A DNA stretch of 64,000 nucleotides from Camelus ferus (lineage: Eukaryota): assembly GCF_009834535.1 (NCBI RefSeq), contig NC_045696.1:54128001-54192000 (forward strand), given 5' to 3'. A program made the translations under genes and the position numbers. The notes under the pieces are model-generated. The model saw only the letters and a program-made list of their open reading frames with translations, was not told the DNA's origin and did not search any database. The first letter of the stretch is position 1, and the number at the start of each line of letters is the position of its first letter. Positions 13,769 through 28,849 of the stretch are shown here, piece by piece.

Positions 13769-15642
13769 AACATGCACTCAGGTGCAAAATCCCACAAATA
13801 TAAAAATAATTATCTTTGAAAAAAAAAACAGTTTGAAATTCCACTCAATCTGTTGTCATAGGCTTATTCAACCTACACCTCTCATCTATAACAACTATAA
13901 TAACCACTGTAAATTTGTGTTTTTAAAGCACTTACCACATGCCACTCCACACTGTTACCATATCTCATGTATATTACACTTGTAAGTCTCTTAAGGGTAG
14001 AAATTATAGTTTACACTGCTATACTTGGAGGCATCAGCAAATACATGTTGATCTCTCTCTGTTTCTGTCTGTCTGTCTTTCCTCCTCTCTGCTCCTGCTA
14101 CCTTAAGCATACTTACATCATTTGGCTATTTTTCCTGAGGAATCATAACCTGTCCATTTTTTCTCCTTGAGGCAACCTCTGATCACATGTCAAACCTATA
14201 AGTTTATTATTTTTCATCAATGTGTGTACTCAATACCACCTCCTCCACTGAACCTCCCTTGTTAAGAAATAAAGTGTAGAGCTCATATCACAGAAAACAG
14301 ATGCAGCAACCACAGTCCTCTGTGATAAAACATGCACATAAACACAAACACACAACCCCCTACCACACCCGAATAAACAGATCAAAACAGGTGTAAATCT
14401 TTTCTCTATAGTTCATGCATTCCTGCAATGAGGCAAGAAACATTCTCTGTGTTTCCAAATACGCTGTTCCGACAACATGAGTAACCAATAAATACCATTT
14501 CATGTCTCCGATGATAATAAAATAGCAAGTAATTTTTTAAAACCATAAAATGACATTGCCAAGTAAAATACTTTACATCTATTCCATACCAAACATATTT
14601 ATAAGTCTGAACTACGTGAGTGTTCATCTGAGCAGGATCTTGCACTTTCGGAAAATTCATCTCTCTCCCACTTCATCTCTGCAGAGGAGGCAATTTGTCG
14701 GGAAAGTTTCTGCAGCTGCTCTGACTGCCATACTATTTTTACTTTCCAGATAAAGAATTTCAGCCTCTAGGGCAGTCAAACTAGCACCTTCCACCAATGC
14801 TCATCTCACTTCATTATCCTTTTTTAAGAAAAGGTCACAACTCTTTTTATGTCACACATTGCTGTGGGCACATTTTCATATATTTAATTTGACACAATGT
14901 AACAAATACATGAATGTTGAGTGAACTCTGTTGAAACTATCCTCAAATAGATATTATTCATCATCCTCATCGTTAAAGACTAGGAGGAGCCCCATGCACC
15001 AGCCATGTGATGCTACCTTCTGCTTTGTCCTACCCTAGTTTCCAGGAGGTCTTGTTACACAGGATGCAGAGCAGGAGGTGAAGGTCCTAAGCTCTAACCA
15101 TATGACAGAGATTTCCAAAGAAGGAGGCACAATCAAGTGTCTTTCAAATCTATGAAACAGGATCTGTTAAGTTCTCAAAAATCTCCTGGCCAACTACGAG
15201 CTATAAGGAATACGAAGAAGTAACCATGCTTCTTCGAAAAAAAAAAAAAAACTTAATTATAGTCGGTTTATAATGTTCTGTTAATTTCTGGTGTATAGCA
15301 TAATGATTCACTTATACATATATATTCCCTTTCATATTCTTTTTCATTATAGGTCATTACAAGTTATTGGACATAGTTTCCTGTACTATACATTAGGACC
15401 TTGTTGTTTATCTACTTTATGTATAGTAGTTAGTATCTGGAAATCCCAAACTCCTGCTTTATCCTTCCATTCCCATGTACCCAGCTCTTGCAACCGTAAG
15501 TTTGTTCTTTATGTCTGTGAGTCTCTTTCTGTTTTTTAAATGAGTTCATTTGTGTCATTTTTTTTTAGATTCCACATATAAGTGGTATCATAGTATTTTT
15601 CCTTCTCTTTCTGGCTTACTTCACTTAGAATGACAATCTCCA

Positions 15643-15892
15643 CTGAGGGTGCAGTGGGTGGGAAGGGACAGACTGGGATTTCAAAAATGTAGAATAGATA
15701 AACAAGATTATACTGTATAGCACAGGGAAATATATACAAGATCTTATGGTAGCTCATGGAGAAAAAATGTGACAATGAATATATATGAATATATGTTCAT
15801 GTATAACTGCAAAATTGTGCTCTTTGCTGGAATTTGACAACATTGTAAAATGATTATAACTCAATAAAAAATGTTAAAAAAAAAAAAAAAAG
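15643..15892 (+). mobile_element. Younger L1 3'UTR fragment nested in the L1 above
   Basis: Similar to the 3'UTR of the full-length L1, with AATAAA and poly(A). Imperfect TSD gaatgacaatctcca (15628-15642) / gaatgacaggtctcca (15893-15908) at a TT|AGAA site. Confidence 0.9.
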
Positions 15893-15970
15893 GAATGACA
15901 GGTCTCCAGGTCCATCCATGTTGCTGCAAATGGCATTATTTTATTTTTTACGGCTGAGTAGTATTCCATT

Positions 15971-16027
15971 GTATGTATATGTGTGTGTGTGTATATATAT
16001 ATATGTATGTATGTATGTATATATATA
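15971..16027. repeat. Compound (TG)n(TA)n(TATG)n microsatellite in L1
   Basis: Seen directly. Confidence 0.9.
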
Positions 16028-16509
16028 CCAAAACTTCTTTATCCAGTCATCTGCTGATGGACATTTTGTTTGCTTCTATGTCTTGGCTATTATAAATAGC
16101 ACTGCTATGAACATTGGGGTGCATATGTCTTTTTGAATTACCGTTCCCCCTGGATATATGCCCAGGAGTGGGATTGCTGAGTCATGGGGTAAGTCTATTT
16201 TTAGTTTTTTAAGGAAACTCCAAACTGTCCTCCATAGTGGCTGCACCAATTTACATTCCCACCAACAGTGTAGGAGGGTTTCATTTTCTCCATACCCTCT
16301 CCAGCCTTTATTATTTATAGACTTTTTAATGATGGCCATTCTGACTGGTATGAGGTGATACCTCATCATAGTTTTGATTTGCATTTCTGTGATAATTAGC
16401 AATATTAAGCATTTTTTTATGTGCCCACTGATCATTTGTAAACCATGCTTTTCTGTGTCATGGGGAATATGTGATCTGATTCATACCATGAGTGCAAACA
16501 ATAAATAGA

Positions 16510-16720
16510 TGACTCTCTTCAATACAGACTGTTCTAAATATTTTACTTGATCTCACAAAATTCTAGTGAGATGTGTACTGCTATCATCTCAGTTTTACCC
16601 ATGAGGAAACTGAGGCAAGCAGAGGAAAGTAATTTGCCTAACGGTCACATACACAGGAAGTACTGGAGACAGGATTCAGACCCAGGCAGGCAAGTCCAGA
16701 GCACATATGATCAACCATTT
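16510..16720 (-). mobile_element. MIR SINE
   Basis: ttttacccatgaggaaactgaggca...aatttgcctaacggtcaca...ggattcagacccaggcag. Confidence 0.85.
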
Positions 16721-18568
16721 AAAGTTCAGGGTTCCTAGGAATGTTGTACTATGGGTCTCATAGCTCCGGCTAATTCAGTTAGATCACTGAGTTCGAACAG
16801 GGTACTAATGCAGACAAGTAGAAATTGATACATTACATACATTCAACAGTACTTGGCTCGTTACCCATTGGTGGGGGCTCTGCTGAAGTAGAGGAGGCAC
16901 CTGCCTTTTGGGAGGAGTTGAGGCATTCCAGAAACCTCCTTTGCTCCTGCTACCACGGAAAGATCTCCTTCTGCACCGATGTTTGAAAGAGATTCATTGA
17001 GAACTCATTTGTTTTCCATTAATATTAGCAATCCTGTCCCGAGGTGTCCTCTTCTGAAATAGGTGTGTGATACACTGCACTAGTTGTTTCACTTGCTCGT
17101 AAGTGCAACCTCCCAGAAAAGGCAATTGATACTTATTTGTTAAAAGAATAAAAAGAGGACTGGGGCAAGAAAGTATGGATGGTTTGATTAAACATATCAC
17201 CTCTACTAGGTTAACAAATTAATGTATGAAGAAGATATATCTAGTTTACATTTTCACACTAAAGACATCATATTTCTTCCTCTTACAAAGGTGGGAATGC
17301 CAAAGAAATATGCTATCACTATATAATGAGACTTTTATTAAGGGAAGCAAATGAAAATGATATCATGGAGGGGGAAGAGAATACCAGAGGAAATTTGTAG
17401 ACGCCCCCCTCCAGAAGAGGCTGAGAGGACAGCAACAGCACAGGATAAAAGGCAGAGCAGGACAAAGTATTACTAATGTAACACAACTGGTATTGGCCTG
17501 CTGACCTTGGATTACCTCTCCATTCTCTAGTCCTGGACTATCCCCACTGCACTGCACTGTATTCATTTCCTACTCTTACCTAACCGTAACTTCAGGGCTC
17601 CCCTAATAATCATTTAAAGAAAGCACTTGTTATGAACCTTGTTGCCTTGTATACCACATAGGAGTCTTGGGACATTTGTGTAGATGATAGTGTGTACTGC
17701 CTATTCAACTGATTAGACCAAGATGCAAATGACTCCCACGTTTAATACTACATGTAGTGCCACACCATTCAAGGGATATGATTATACTGCTTTCTGATTG
17801 CTCAGATGACTTGCTGGGGGGTCTTTTTCATTAAAGCAAGCACATTCAGCAGTACAGGTACCTTACTTGGCCCCTCCTCATGTGTCTTACCTTCAAATAA
17901 GCATCCTTGTTTTGCTCTCTGTAGGCTCAAGATGGTCATGCCCTACCTTCATTTCAACCCTATTCAGAGAAATGAAAGAAACTCTCTTCACTGGCTGTAG
18001 AAAGCTGAATTTCTCTTTGTAGGATGATTATTATGATATATATTCATGCTTCCTTTTTCCTTGTAAATTAGCAGTTTCTATGGTACACATGGAAACTCAT
18101 TTTGGGTCGTAATATATAGAATGAAGGCATGGTCATAGAGTAAGTGAAAGACGAAGGTCTGCTGTTTATCTGAAGATGCATACCCTACCATGGTCTCCAC
18201 TGCCTAGCTCGAATTGCCCACATTCATTTGGGAAAGTCAACCAGATAGGGCATTATTAATTATTTTCACTCTAGTCTCTTTGACCTTTTCATTATCTTTC
18301 CTAACTTCTTTCCTGCCACTGTTACAGAGGCAGTCAGTTCCTACTTATTCCTAGCCTTAGGGTCTTTCACTGGCACAATTTATTCCACTGCTTCATAAAT
18401 ATTGGATCTGATATTTTATATTCCTTAACTCAATTAAGCATAAAGATTTCCTTTCTTCTTTTTGAATAATTATAAATATTCTTAATAGATCTGAAGGCAG
18501 AGGTGGGTCTAATAATGTTTACATTTGTTAGCCAAAAATTCTACATACTCCATTGTTCAAATACTAAA

Positions 18569-18598
18569 AACAACAACAGCAACAACAACAACAACAAA
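18569..18598. repeat. (CAA)n trinucleotide repeat
   Basis: Seen directly, with one CAG interruption. Confidence 0.9.
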
Positions 18599-18721
18599 AC
18601 TTCAGATAAATTAATAACTATAGAAAATAGGAAACATTTTATAAAATTAAATCAGAGAGTATTAAAGTTTGCAATGGAATTTAGTCATGATATGTAAAAG
18701 TGCAAAATGATAGGCATTTAG

Positions 18722-18901
18722 GGGAGGGGTTCTAAAATTTATTCATACCTCAGAATCACCTGAGGAGCTCTATAAAATAGAGATGGTTGGACCTCACATT
18801 TAGATACAATGAATCTACAATTCAGTGGGAAGTCATAAGGAATCTTCCTTTTGAAAGGCATATAATGTAATTCTAATGCACAGTCATGTTTAGCAACTAC
18901 T
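18722..18901. mobile_element. MER5A-like hAT-Charlie fossil
   Basis: tcagaatcacctgaggagct...aattctaatgcacag...tttagcaactactg matches the MER5 layout. Confidence 0.7.
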
Positions 18902-20904
18902 GGCTTATAGAATTCTTGGGCCACTGTGACTTGTCTGTGGAATATCTGTAGCAGGGAGCATCGTGATGGAGTGGGTAAACTCTAAGAAGTTGGAGTTTAC
19001 CTGTGAGAGACTGATATCTAAGGAAAGGAGGGGAATTGGCCATGGAGAGAGAAAAGTTTTGCTCAGATTGTCTCCGGGAAAAAGGGAGTTTTTTTCTTAC
19101 ATTTAAAATATGCAACTTACATTAAGAGTATGCTATGAAAGTTAAGCGAAACTTATAGACAGTTAAATTTCAGCTGGAGAGATTAGCAACAAATTGTGGC
19201 TGACTGTGATACAACTGGAAGGACTGGGCAAGCAGGGATGATGGAAGGAGGGCCAACATGGTGGGCTTTGCTGTTGCCAACACACAAACCACTCAGCAGC
19301 CCAAGGTTGAAGAGATGCTTTTCAAAGGCTTAAAGAGTCCACTTTAAAACATAACTCTAGGCCAGGTCCCTGGGGTTAGTCAACTCTTTTTGAAACAGGT
19401 GTCATCAAAGGAAGATTTGTCTTCTGCTGGAATTTTCTCATTGCTCAATGTTCAATTTTGAATCAAAGTCTCCATTTACATTATAAGATGATAATGTGTC
19501 AGAAAAGAAGAAATAATCCCAGAACCTTGAAGACGGAAAAAAAGAGAGAAAGAACAGAAGTGTGAGAGCTAGCCCTACCTAGAATGGCTAATGTGAGCAA
19601 GTTTCATAGTCATTAGGAGAGACTAGAAAATCAGTAATGACACGATTACTGGACAGTCAGACACAGGGACTAGGGCAGCATGAAAGCAAGTGTGTTTAAA
19701 AAGACATTTCAAATAACACAAAGTTGCTCTGTCACTGAGAGAAGCCACCAATACCCAGGCATCACACAAATCTGAAACTACAGTTTGATGAAATTACTTG
19801 AAAAATGGAACCTGAGATGGGAAGAAATTATACAAAATCAGGATTTTACTACGTTGTCATGCATTCACATCCTTCAGATAATAAAACTCTATTCAACTAA
19901 TTACTCAGTGGGGAACAGTCAAATAAAAGCACAAAATGGTGCTTGAAAGACTGATCCAGAATACCAACGACTGGGAAATTCGGGGGAAACTTCCTCACTG
20001 CTTTGAGCATGTCAGGGGGAGAAAGAAAAAAATCACTTGTTTTAGTACTTGTCACTAAGTACTATACACAGTAGTTAAGTATTAATAAATAAGTAGTTAA
20101 CATTTATGCAAGGATTCATTTCTGCTAAAATATGCATCAACTGCTCATTTATTATTTATTATCACCTCCACAACAGAAAATGAGACCAAGTGGCCAGAAT
20201 TGCCATTGTTTTTTTTAAAGTATTACTTTGATTTTGACTCCCCAGATCATAAATAAACGATTATCTTCTGCATTGGAAAAATCATGATGATAAATTAATA
20301 TTGGCCTGGCCTACTTGCACACCCCACATGGAAACATCAAACATCAGCTTCCATATTTAGAAAAACACAGAGTACAGTGTGCTGCTTAGGACTGAGAGGA
20401 TCATAATAATGAAAACAAATGCCTTGATCACTCAAATTCTTCTCCCCCTTCTCATTCAGGCATTTGTACCACGCCCAATTTATATCTTCTCTATCTTTCT
20501 GTGTCAGAGTCAATAATTTGACCATGCTCACAGTCACTCAAAAACATTTCTGAAAATTAAAGAGGATTACTGAATATCCTTGTGAAAGTAAGGATTTTTT
20601 TTTGAATTGTCAAGAGAATTAAGGTGCTTACCTTCCCTATAATATTTGCTTAATCTGGAAGAGTTCATAGGCCTTGATTTGAGTAAAATAGCTTAACTAC
20701 CACTGCTAATTGTGACTATTCATGTGGCACTTTGAAGTTTTCTGTTTTACCAGATTTAATAAGGTAGCACAATACTTCAAACTGCGCTGTGATATCACTG
20801 GGAATTCAAGTGAAGAGCTTTGGGTGTGTCCAAACAGATGTAAAGGTGTCCGGTGTGGCCTGAATCCTAACACTGTGAGCCACATGCACAGGAGATACAG
20901 CCCA

Positions 20905-21095
20905 GGACTAGAATCCAAATGGACTGTGTTGAAAATCTGGCTTGTACCTTACAGAGGATTTGGACAAGTCATTTAACCTCTTTAGAGCTAAGTTCTCTCA
21001 GACAAATAAAGGAAATGATGATGCCACCATCAGAGACATGTTATAAGGATTAAGTATAAGTTTTGTGAACCATAAATGGCCATATAAATGCAAGG
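20905..21095 (+). mobile_element. MIR-family SINE (degraded)
   Basis: ttggacaagtcatttaacctctttagagct...ttataaggattaag. Confidence 0.65.
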
Positions 21096-24000
21096 AATGA
21101 TGATTTAATAAGACATTAGGGTACATATCCTTTTAGCCAATTATGAAACTCATGGTCTCTGAGATGCAGGTCTAGCCTTTATAATCACAAAAATGTCTTT
21201 TCTCTGAGAATCATATCTTGGGAGCAAGCCTGTTGACAGAGTCCCTTGATAGTGCAAGCACTCATGGCGATGGGCCTTGTCCAGGTCCCCAGGACAACTA
21301 ACAAGACTTAGGCCCAGCTTTTCCCTCCCACACAACACTGCCTCTCCAGCCCTCAGACAAATTTCTCAGAAAGTGTGTCAGAATCCTAGAGCCCAACTGC
21401 TAAAGACAGGAAGCAATTAAATATGTAAATCAAGGAAATTACACTGCACTGATGACATTCAGCGCTGCGTCTGCCCCAACCTCCGCCTCCTCCTCTCTGC
21501 TTCTATTCCCTTCGGGACGGAGGCAACTGTGAGAACTCCTTCCTCCACACTGCTCCCTGCTAAATGTTTTTTATTCTCAACCACCTGCCCCAGGCCTTCT
21601 CAACAATTATTAATCAAGTACCATGAATATGCATAAAAGCTTGTCTCTGGGTTTTATTAAATTAATATACATACACACATACATATATATACACACACAC
21701 ACATATATAATAAACATGTTCAGCACTATGGTTGAAAAAAGAACAAATGGTGGAAGAGAGAAGAGGAAGATGAAAGGAAAAGTCTTTTTTTTTCCCCACC
21801 CCATTCAAGGCCTCCACAACTGATTATGTGGGTTTCTTTGTGTTGTTTTTTATTTCAAATGTGTTTCTAAGTTAACACTTTAAGAAGTTTAAACTCTGGA
21901 CAATGTATCATTCTAGAATCTGCTTTCTTTTGATAGATAGAATTCTTCGTGTCTTGGAGGAGATAGTATTGGCCAGAAAGTGGCTGGACAGGTTACTGAG
22001 ATATCACTCTACTCTCATTCCAAGATCTGTCACCACAGGCATGGTGCCTTGAGGCAGGGCTGGTGATGGGAGGAAATCCCTGAACACTAAAGCCCCATCT
22101 TCAGTACTCAGTGATGTCACTTGGTCAAGTCACTAATGGTTTTCTCTATTTTCTACTTCATTTGAGAATCCTTTTCCAAAGAGAAAGAATGTCTCCTCAT
22201 CATGAATGATGCAGAACAACATGTCTGATGATAAAAGACATGACTTTTATCTCACCATGTAGGACTTCCCTCATCACTTTCCCCCAAACAGCACACCCCT
22301 ACCCTGTTGTTGTACTCACCCTTCCTGGCATAGAAAATAATTTATTACTTCTTGTTTCCTGCCCCTTCTCCATCATGAATATAAGCTTAACAAGGGAAGG
22401 GATTTTGTCTACTTTGTCCAATGTCACTCAACAAATTTTGTTTTGGACAACAATAACAACAACAACAAAAAGGTATGAGAACACCATGTTAAAAAATCAT
22501 CCTCCTTACTACTTACATGAACTTCAGGGACAAACAACTTCTGTATCCAAGCAAACTAACTAAACGTGAGAGCCCCAGTAGAATTTTCATCACTTCCACC
22601 AATGTTCCCTCACTCTCCTGTCTTCTACAGGTGGGTTTGTTGCACATGGTCAGCTGATCCTGATGCAAATAAAACCTCAATATATTTTTGTATTAAAAAT
22701 GTGTGCATTAATAAAAGACTATTTCATCATGGTTTTTCTTTTTTTTTTGGCTTATTGCTATTTGTTCTTACCCATATCATAGCTGTACAGAACAAAATAT
22801 AAATTTAATTAGCTACATGCAAGTGAAAAAATGGTTGAGGTTTTTGTCTTCTGATCCTTATTCACCTCACAGAACACCTGCCTCCTACACATCTTTCTGT
22901 TTTCCTGTCTCTCACATCTTGTTATCTTAGGCATTTAGCATCTATAAGCGTTGAATATTTTTTCCATATACAAAAGAAGGTATTTAGATTAGATGAACTC
23001 CAGGAATTAATCAAAAATGAAATTAAATCTATAGAAGCAACTCAAGAAGAAAACAAAGAATTATTTTATTATTTCCTTGCTCACAATGCTCAATTTCTTA
23101 TTTGTCATTAAAACTTAATGTCAAATCAATAGTTAACATTTTGTTTGAAGTTTTCTACTTTGTTCTACTATTTATTCTCCTTTGTAAAAAAATCTCTAAT
23201 TCAACTTATAGAATAGTGTGTTCACTTCATGTTATTGAAAAATCTAATTTTATAGAGTGCCATTTAAACAGAAATGCCAATTTTCAGTAATAAGGGTCAC
23301 TATAATAATGTTTAATGCCTCAGTGACTTTTTACCACCTAAAATGCCCTTTAAACATATACGCCTCTTTTATTTAAAATTCAAGAATGAATCATTACATT
23401 TTGATGAGCATTCCATCACACCAGACATTGTAGTTAAATTTTCCTGTTTAGCAGTCTCATTAATTTATCACCACTTTCCTGAACTTTCCTGATGTATTCA
23501 TTCAGTGCACAGCTATTTTGAAAACAAACAACAATGGCTACAAAATTCCAATGAAGATGCATTTCAGGGTATGAAGTTGCACAAGCTCTCAAGCAGTTGA
23601 TGATTCAGGAAAACCAATGGGATATGTAGACAAATAGCTACAAAGTAGAATGGTTCCAGTACCATGTGAGCAAAGAAAATACTACCAGAGGACCAGGGAA
23701 GAAGAGATCCCTTCTGGCTGGAGTGACCAGGAGGGTATCAGAGAAGAGGAAGGCAGGAGGAAGGTCTCTGAGGATGAGAAAGGAAATCAAAAGGTGTAAG
23801 TGCAAGCAAGACCACCTAAAGCATGTGTTCTATTTACAATGTCTTGATGCTATGAATGGGAGGGATGTGAAAGGCAGATGAAAAATCTTCCTGTACATCT
23901 TGCTGTCTTCCTGATTCCCGTGTCCACCATGAGTGGTGAAAGGAGTTAAGAGAACAAGAATGTTGAGAAGGTGATGGGGACACGGAGGAACTAAGATCAC

Positions 24001-24837
24001 TGGAATCAGAGAGGTCATAAAATCGCCTTTTCCGTGGTTTCAAGAGGGTGTGGACTCCATCTGAGGGACTGAACTTGTCCCACGTCTCCTGGGAAGAGCA
24101 CTATAGTCCTCTGAAGAACAATGCAACAGTCTCCTAAGGCTGAGATTAAGTAACACACAGATCAGAAAGCTTATGCAGTTTCCTTAGAGTAACTGTCAGT
24201 ATGTATTTTTCAAAAGAAAAATCTCCGTTTCCCTATATGACCTTTGCCCCAACCCTCTAAGTTTATATGCGTGTTCATGTGTGTGTGTTTAAAACATAAT
24301 TCTACTTCACAGCTATATAGGTATACAAGCACATATCAGATTTCAGGGTGTAGATAGGTCCAGGTAATAGGGATATATTAAATAAATCAAACTTATGAAT
24401 AAACCATTCCCAATTGCTTGGGGATTATGGAACTAGTCTGACCCCTGAGTGTGAGATTTTTCATCAGCAATGGAAATGGGCTTGAAAACAGGAGGACAGA
24501 ATCACCACACAGAGCACAGTGAGAAATGAGGCAAAAGGGCTGTGAACATGCAGTTGCCCCAAGCAGTCAAGAGAGATGATTTTTCAATCTGACATAATGG
24601 AAGTCCCTAGAGAGAGCCATTTTTCATTCCGACATGACTAAGATAATAAGTCAAAAGTTAAAATACATAATACGAAGCCCAATACAAGGAAAACTATTTT
24701 TATTTCAGAAACCAGAGTACACCCTGGTCCATGTTGGCTTAAAAGGACATTCTTTTCCTTATAGAAGCAGCCCAGTGTCTTTAGCTCAAGAAACGAACAA
24801 ATAAACAAAAACAAAACAATTTTTAAGAGTAGAACTC

Positions 24838-25126
24838 TAAATACAAAACAGAAACAGACTCATAGACATAGAATACAAACTTGTGGTTGCCAAGGGGGCA
24901 GAGGGTGGGAACAGATAGACGGGATTTCCAAATTGTAGAATAGATAAACAAGATTATACCGTATAGCACAGGGAAATACACACAAGATCTTATGGTAGCT
25001 CACAGAGAAAAAAATGTGACAATGAATATATATATGATCATGTATGACTGAAAAATTGTGCTCTACACTGGAATTTGACACAACATTGTAAAATGATTAT
25101 AAATCAATAAAAAAAAGTTTAAAAAA
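24838..25126 (+). mobile_element. 5'-truncated young L1 3'UTR
   Basis: Homologous to the reverse complement of 37350-37610, with poly(A). Perfect 13-bp TSD aagagtagaactc (24825-24837, 25127-25139) at a TTTT|AAGA site. Confidence 0.93.
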
Positions 25127-28100
25127 AAGAGTAGAACTCATTGAAAAAGTCAAGAAAAAAGTGTTGTGTGAAGTTTGATTATCTTTAGATACTCTGAGAT
25201 AACCCCACCATTTAAGAAATTATTTTTTAATGAATAAAAATAATGATGACTAAAGGAATTAAACAAATCTTCTGTGGTGGATGGAAAACTCTCACCCCAA
25301 GTTTAGATTTCACATTTCACATTATTTTTGTAGGGCAGCAGACAAGTATATTGTAATTGATATTAACTAAGTAAAGGTTTAGTAGATCAAATTTGGGATA
25401 TAATTTAAGTTTGATTTTTATGAACCATATATGAAATAAAAGCTAGGAAAGTAAAAAATGGTAAGTCATGATAAATTTCATTTTATATTATTTTACTGAG
25501 ACCAGTCTTGAATTATATACTGTTGGAAATTCAGAGAAATGGGGAGAATAAAAATAGGAAAGGTATTATGGATATAATGATGAATAGGATATTTTAAAAA
25601 ATTTTAGAAAGCTAAAGCATTAAAGCTCTAGGCTATATTCTTATCTAAGATGTCTGGATTGGAGCCAGACTCATGAAAATCATTTTGAATGATGCTACTG
25701 TCTATCATACTGCATACTGCAGTGTGAGGGTTATCGGGTCCCCTCTTAGCTAAATTGATCTTAGTATAGTAATAAAATAAAGGTTTCCAAAATACCCTAC
25801 GAGAAAACCCAAAATTATTATAAATCTCCAAATCTCAACTGCTCTGACAGGCCAGAACCATCATAACTCTTTATAAGCAGACCCCGTATCAGCACTCTCT
25901 GAAGATATTTTTGAGTTTTCACTTCTTCCCTGAGACCCAACTCAAATTACAGTAATCTTATATTCTCTTCCAATACAAACTTCTAGAACAAAGTTCTCCA
26001 ACTGGGTATTTATCAAGTCACTCATGACATAAATAAGAATAGATATATCCTATTGCATCTTAACTCCAGAATTTTCTACTTAAGCTTTCAAAACCTCTTC
26101 AACATCATGCCTACTGTTCTCCAATCACATCTTCCATTACAGCACAATGTGCCTTCTCTAGACCACTCAAAATTATTAATTTTGTCTTTTTTTTTTTTTT
26201 AAAGGATTTGCCCATTCCCACCTCTCTTCTTCTGCACTTCTTTTCTCCTTTCCAATGTGCCTCTCTTCCTATTCAGAACTCAGATTTAAGTTCAGATCGA
26301 CAAGGAAATCTTGCCCTGTTTAACTCCTGACTCTCTAGCTGCTCCCAGTTTTTATCTTCTCAACACAACTTCCTTCCTTTCTTAAATCACAGATTTATAA
26401 GGGATGGTGTGTGCATCAAAGTTTTTATTTACTTTTCTTTGGTTGAACACCCTTGCAGTCCCCTTGCCTTTTGTGCCAGCCACGTTTTCTGCACATGTAT
26501 GGATGTTTAGTCTCTAACAGAGGGAAGACAGAGTAACACAACGTGACACTACCACTCTCTACTGCTGTCTAGGAACTTGCAATCATCTCTATTATAGTTA
26601 TAATTGTCTAAGGATAGAATAAAATATGTTGGTTCATTCAGCACTTTGTTGATGAATCATTCAGCCATCTCTCTATTCTTGCTGAGTTATTTTTTTTCCC
26701 CTCTATGCTTCTAGAAGCTATAGGGGTTTTCTGAGGCTCAGTATTACAGAAGTCACAAAGCTTTCCCTCCAGGTAACCAGGTTTTCCATTACCTTGCTCC
26801 ACCACCATTAGACATTAGCCAAAACAAAAATCTCTCCTGGGATCCAGTCAATAATCCTCTGTATCCTTAGTTTTTAAGTCTTTCTGGGAGAACAATCAGG
26901 GAAAGATAAGGCAGGTGGATCAGCAGGAACTTGGGCTAGACAGGGTCAGAATGGAAGGAAGGAATGTCTCCCTCTGTCTCATTTAGGTATGGAGAGATCT
27001 TGTCAAATCTGTGATATGAAGGTGAAAATCTGACAGTCTGGGTTCTACTCAGTTTGACCAAGGGCAGAAAAACAGAGATTCTCCTCTACTGTAATCAAAA
27101 GGGAATCCCTTCTTTCCTATCCTGTGATTTATTGCCACTTACTGAAAAATGAGGTATTAAGTATTCAATACGTTCCAGAATCTAGATCCTAAAACACAAA
27201 CAGCAAAATTCCCTCTCTTTAGAAACTGCTTAAATGGTGAGCAGCCACTGACTTCAGTGCCACTAGGATGAATGTAACTACCTGGGGTCATTTTATCTCA
27301 AAGGTGGCTTACAAACAGTCTATACCTCCTCCACTCCAAATGACCTCTCCTCTCCCCCTTCCACTTCTCCCTCTGCTCCCCAAACACCTACTCGCTCCTC
27401 AAAGGCAAAGAAAAGTGAATCCCCATTAAATTGCACAACTGTGGGCCTGACTTGACCACACAGCTGCTGCTTGAGAAACTAGAGTAGGACAGACACTTTA
27501 CTTCTTATTTTTTTTAATTACCCCTTCACAATCATTTCTCTTGAAATTGTTTATAGAAGACCAACTCCATAGACTATTATCTCTCCCTGCATACCTAAGA
27601 GCTTTCGGAGTTGCTTTAAATTTCAAGTTGGTCAGGAGTGAAGAGAGGAGGGAAGTCAGGATTGGCATGGAAGAATCCTTGTGACTATGGATTACAGGGT
27701 AGTCTCTGTTGAGCATTAGTGGTCACTCCTGCCACTCTGTACCTTTCCTCACCAGTGAAAGAAGATATTCATTTCTAAAACATGTGTAGAGCTTCAGACC
27801 AATGTTATAGATACTTAAATAATCCCTGTTTTCTATTTGAAGTTGTGTCCACAACAAAAGATTGTTTTCTGATGGCTAGAGAATGCTGCCTCTGTTAATG
27901 GTACAGTGTTATCTTCTGCTGTGCAGAAGTAAATATACAGATCACAGAATCTGAAGTCTAGAAAGGAGACTGTGTATATATCTTTCCTTAGAGATGGACA
28001 AATGGAGGCCCCAAGAGACAGGTTAGAGCATCATTTCCCCAGAATCTCCCACTCACCCCTGTAGGCCTCTCATGGCCTTCCTGGAGGTGCATGGCTCTTC

Positions 28101-28849
28101 CTCTCTGACAATAAAACCCACAAACTGTCTTGTAGGCATCGCTAACCCTTCAGACTGATGGGTCATTATTGGGCTCCAAACCCAACTTGGAGGAATATGA
28201 CCATAGGCTATGGCTCAGCAGGTCCATGTGTCCTATGAACTGCTTTACCAGCAGCTATTTTCAGAGGGTGTTTTATTGTTTTTCAGATGCTCTCATCTGT
28301 CATGGAAGTCACCACCTTCTTATTGTAGGCTTGTTTTCAGACACTTTCATAGTTCCCTGTGACTCATGCTATTAAATCCTTTAAAAGACATAATTGGCCC
28401 ATGGAAAAGAATTGTGCTAACTTGAACTGATCTGTCACTCCTTGTCCCTCCTAACTATCTTAATTCCCTTTATTTTGTTTATAAAACTGTTATTAGCCTC
28501 CAGGGCTCTCATGACATGATAATCCCTTGGTAAGACTTTCATATTGAACAGTCCATCACTCTCATGTCAGAAGAGTGAGAGAGAACTGTAGGAATGGTGA
28601 GGCAGCATGGCCCAGTCTCCATGGGTTCACATTGTGGAGTCAAGACAGGCTCCTGGGGCAGCCACACAAGCCATTAGATCTTGAGCCATTCTGCCCTCAA
28701 AATTTCATTATTTGTGAACAAGAACGACTTTACCTCCTAGGACTCTTGGGACGATAATGTGCACAAAGCACGAACACAGATCTTGCCCCATGTTAATGCT
28801 TAGTTCATTATCAATAGCCTCCCTCCTCTATTCAAATGAATGCTTGAAA

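Larger units (their letters stand above)
15250..16440 (-). mobile_element. 5'-truncated L1 (ORF2 C-terminus and 3'UTR)
   Basis: ORF 16076-16435 matches the ORF2 C-terminus ([24 protein letters not shown]). Flanked by aaccatgctt at 15222 and 16441 (TSD). Confidence 0.9.

Noticed and set aside
17575..20635. Isolated minus-strand AG|GTAAG donor-like motifs (~17580, ~17890, ~20631)
   Set aside because: No adjacent pyrimidine tract or convincing acceptor; expected by chance in 64 kb.
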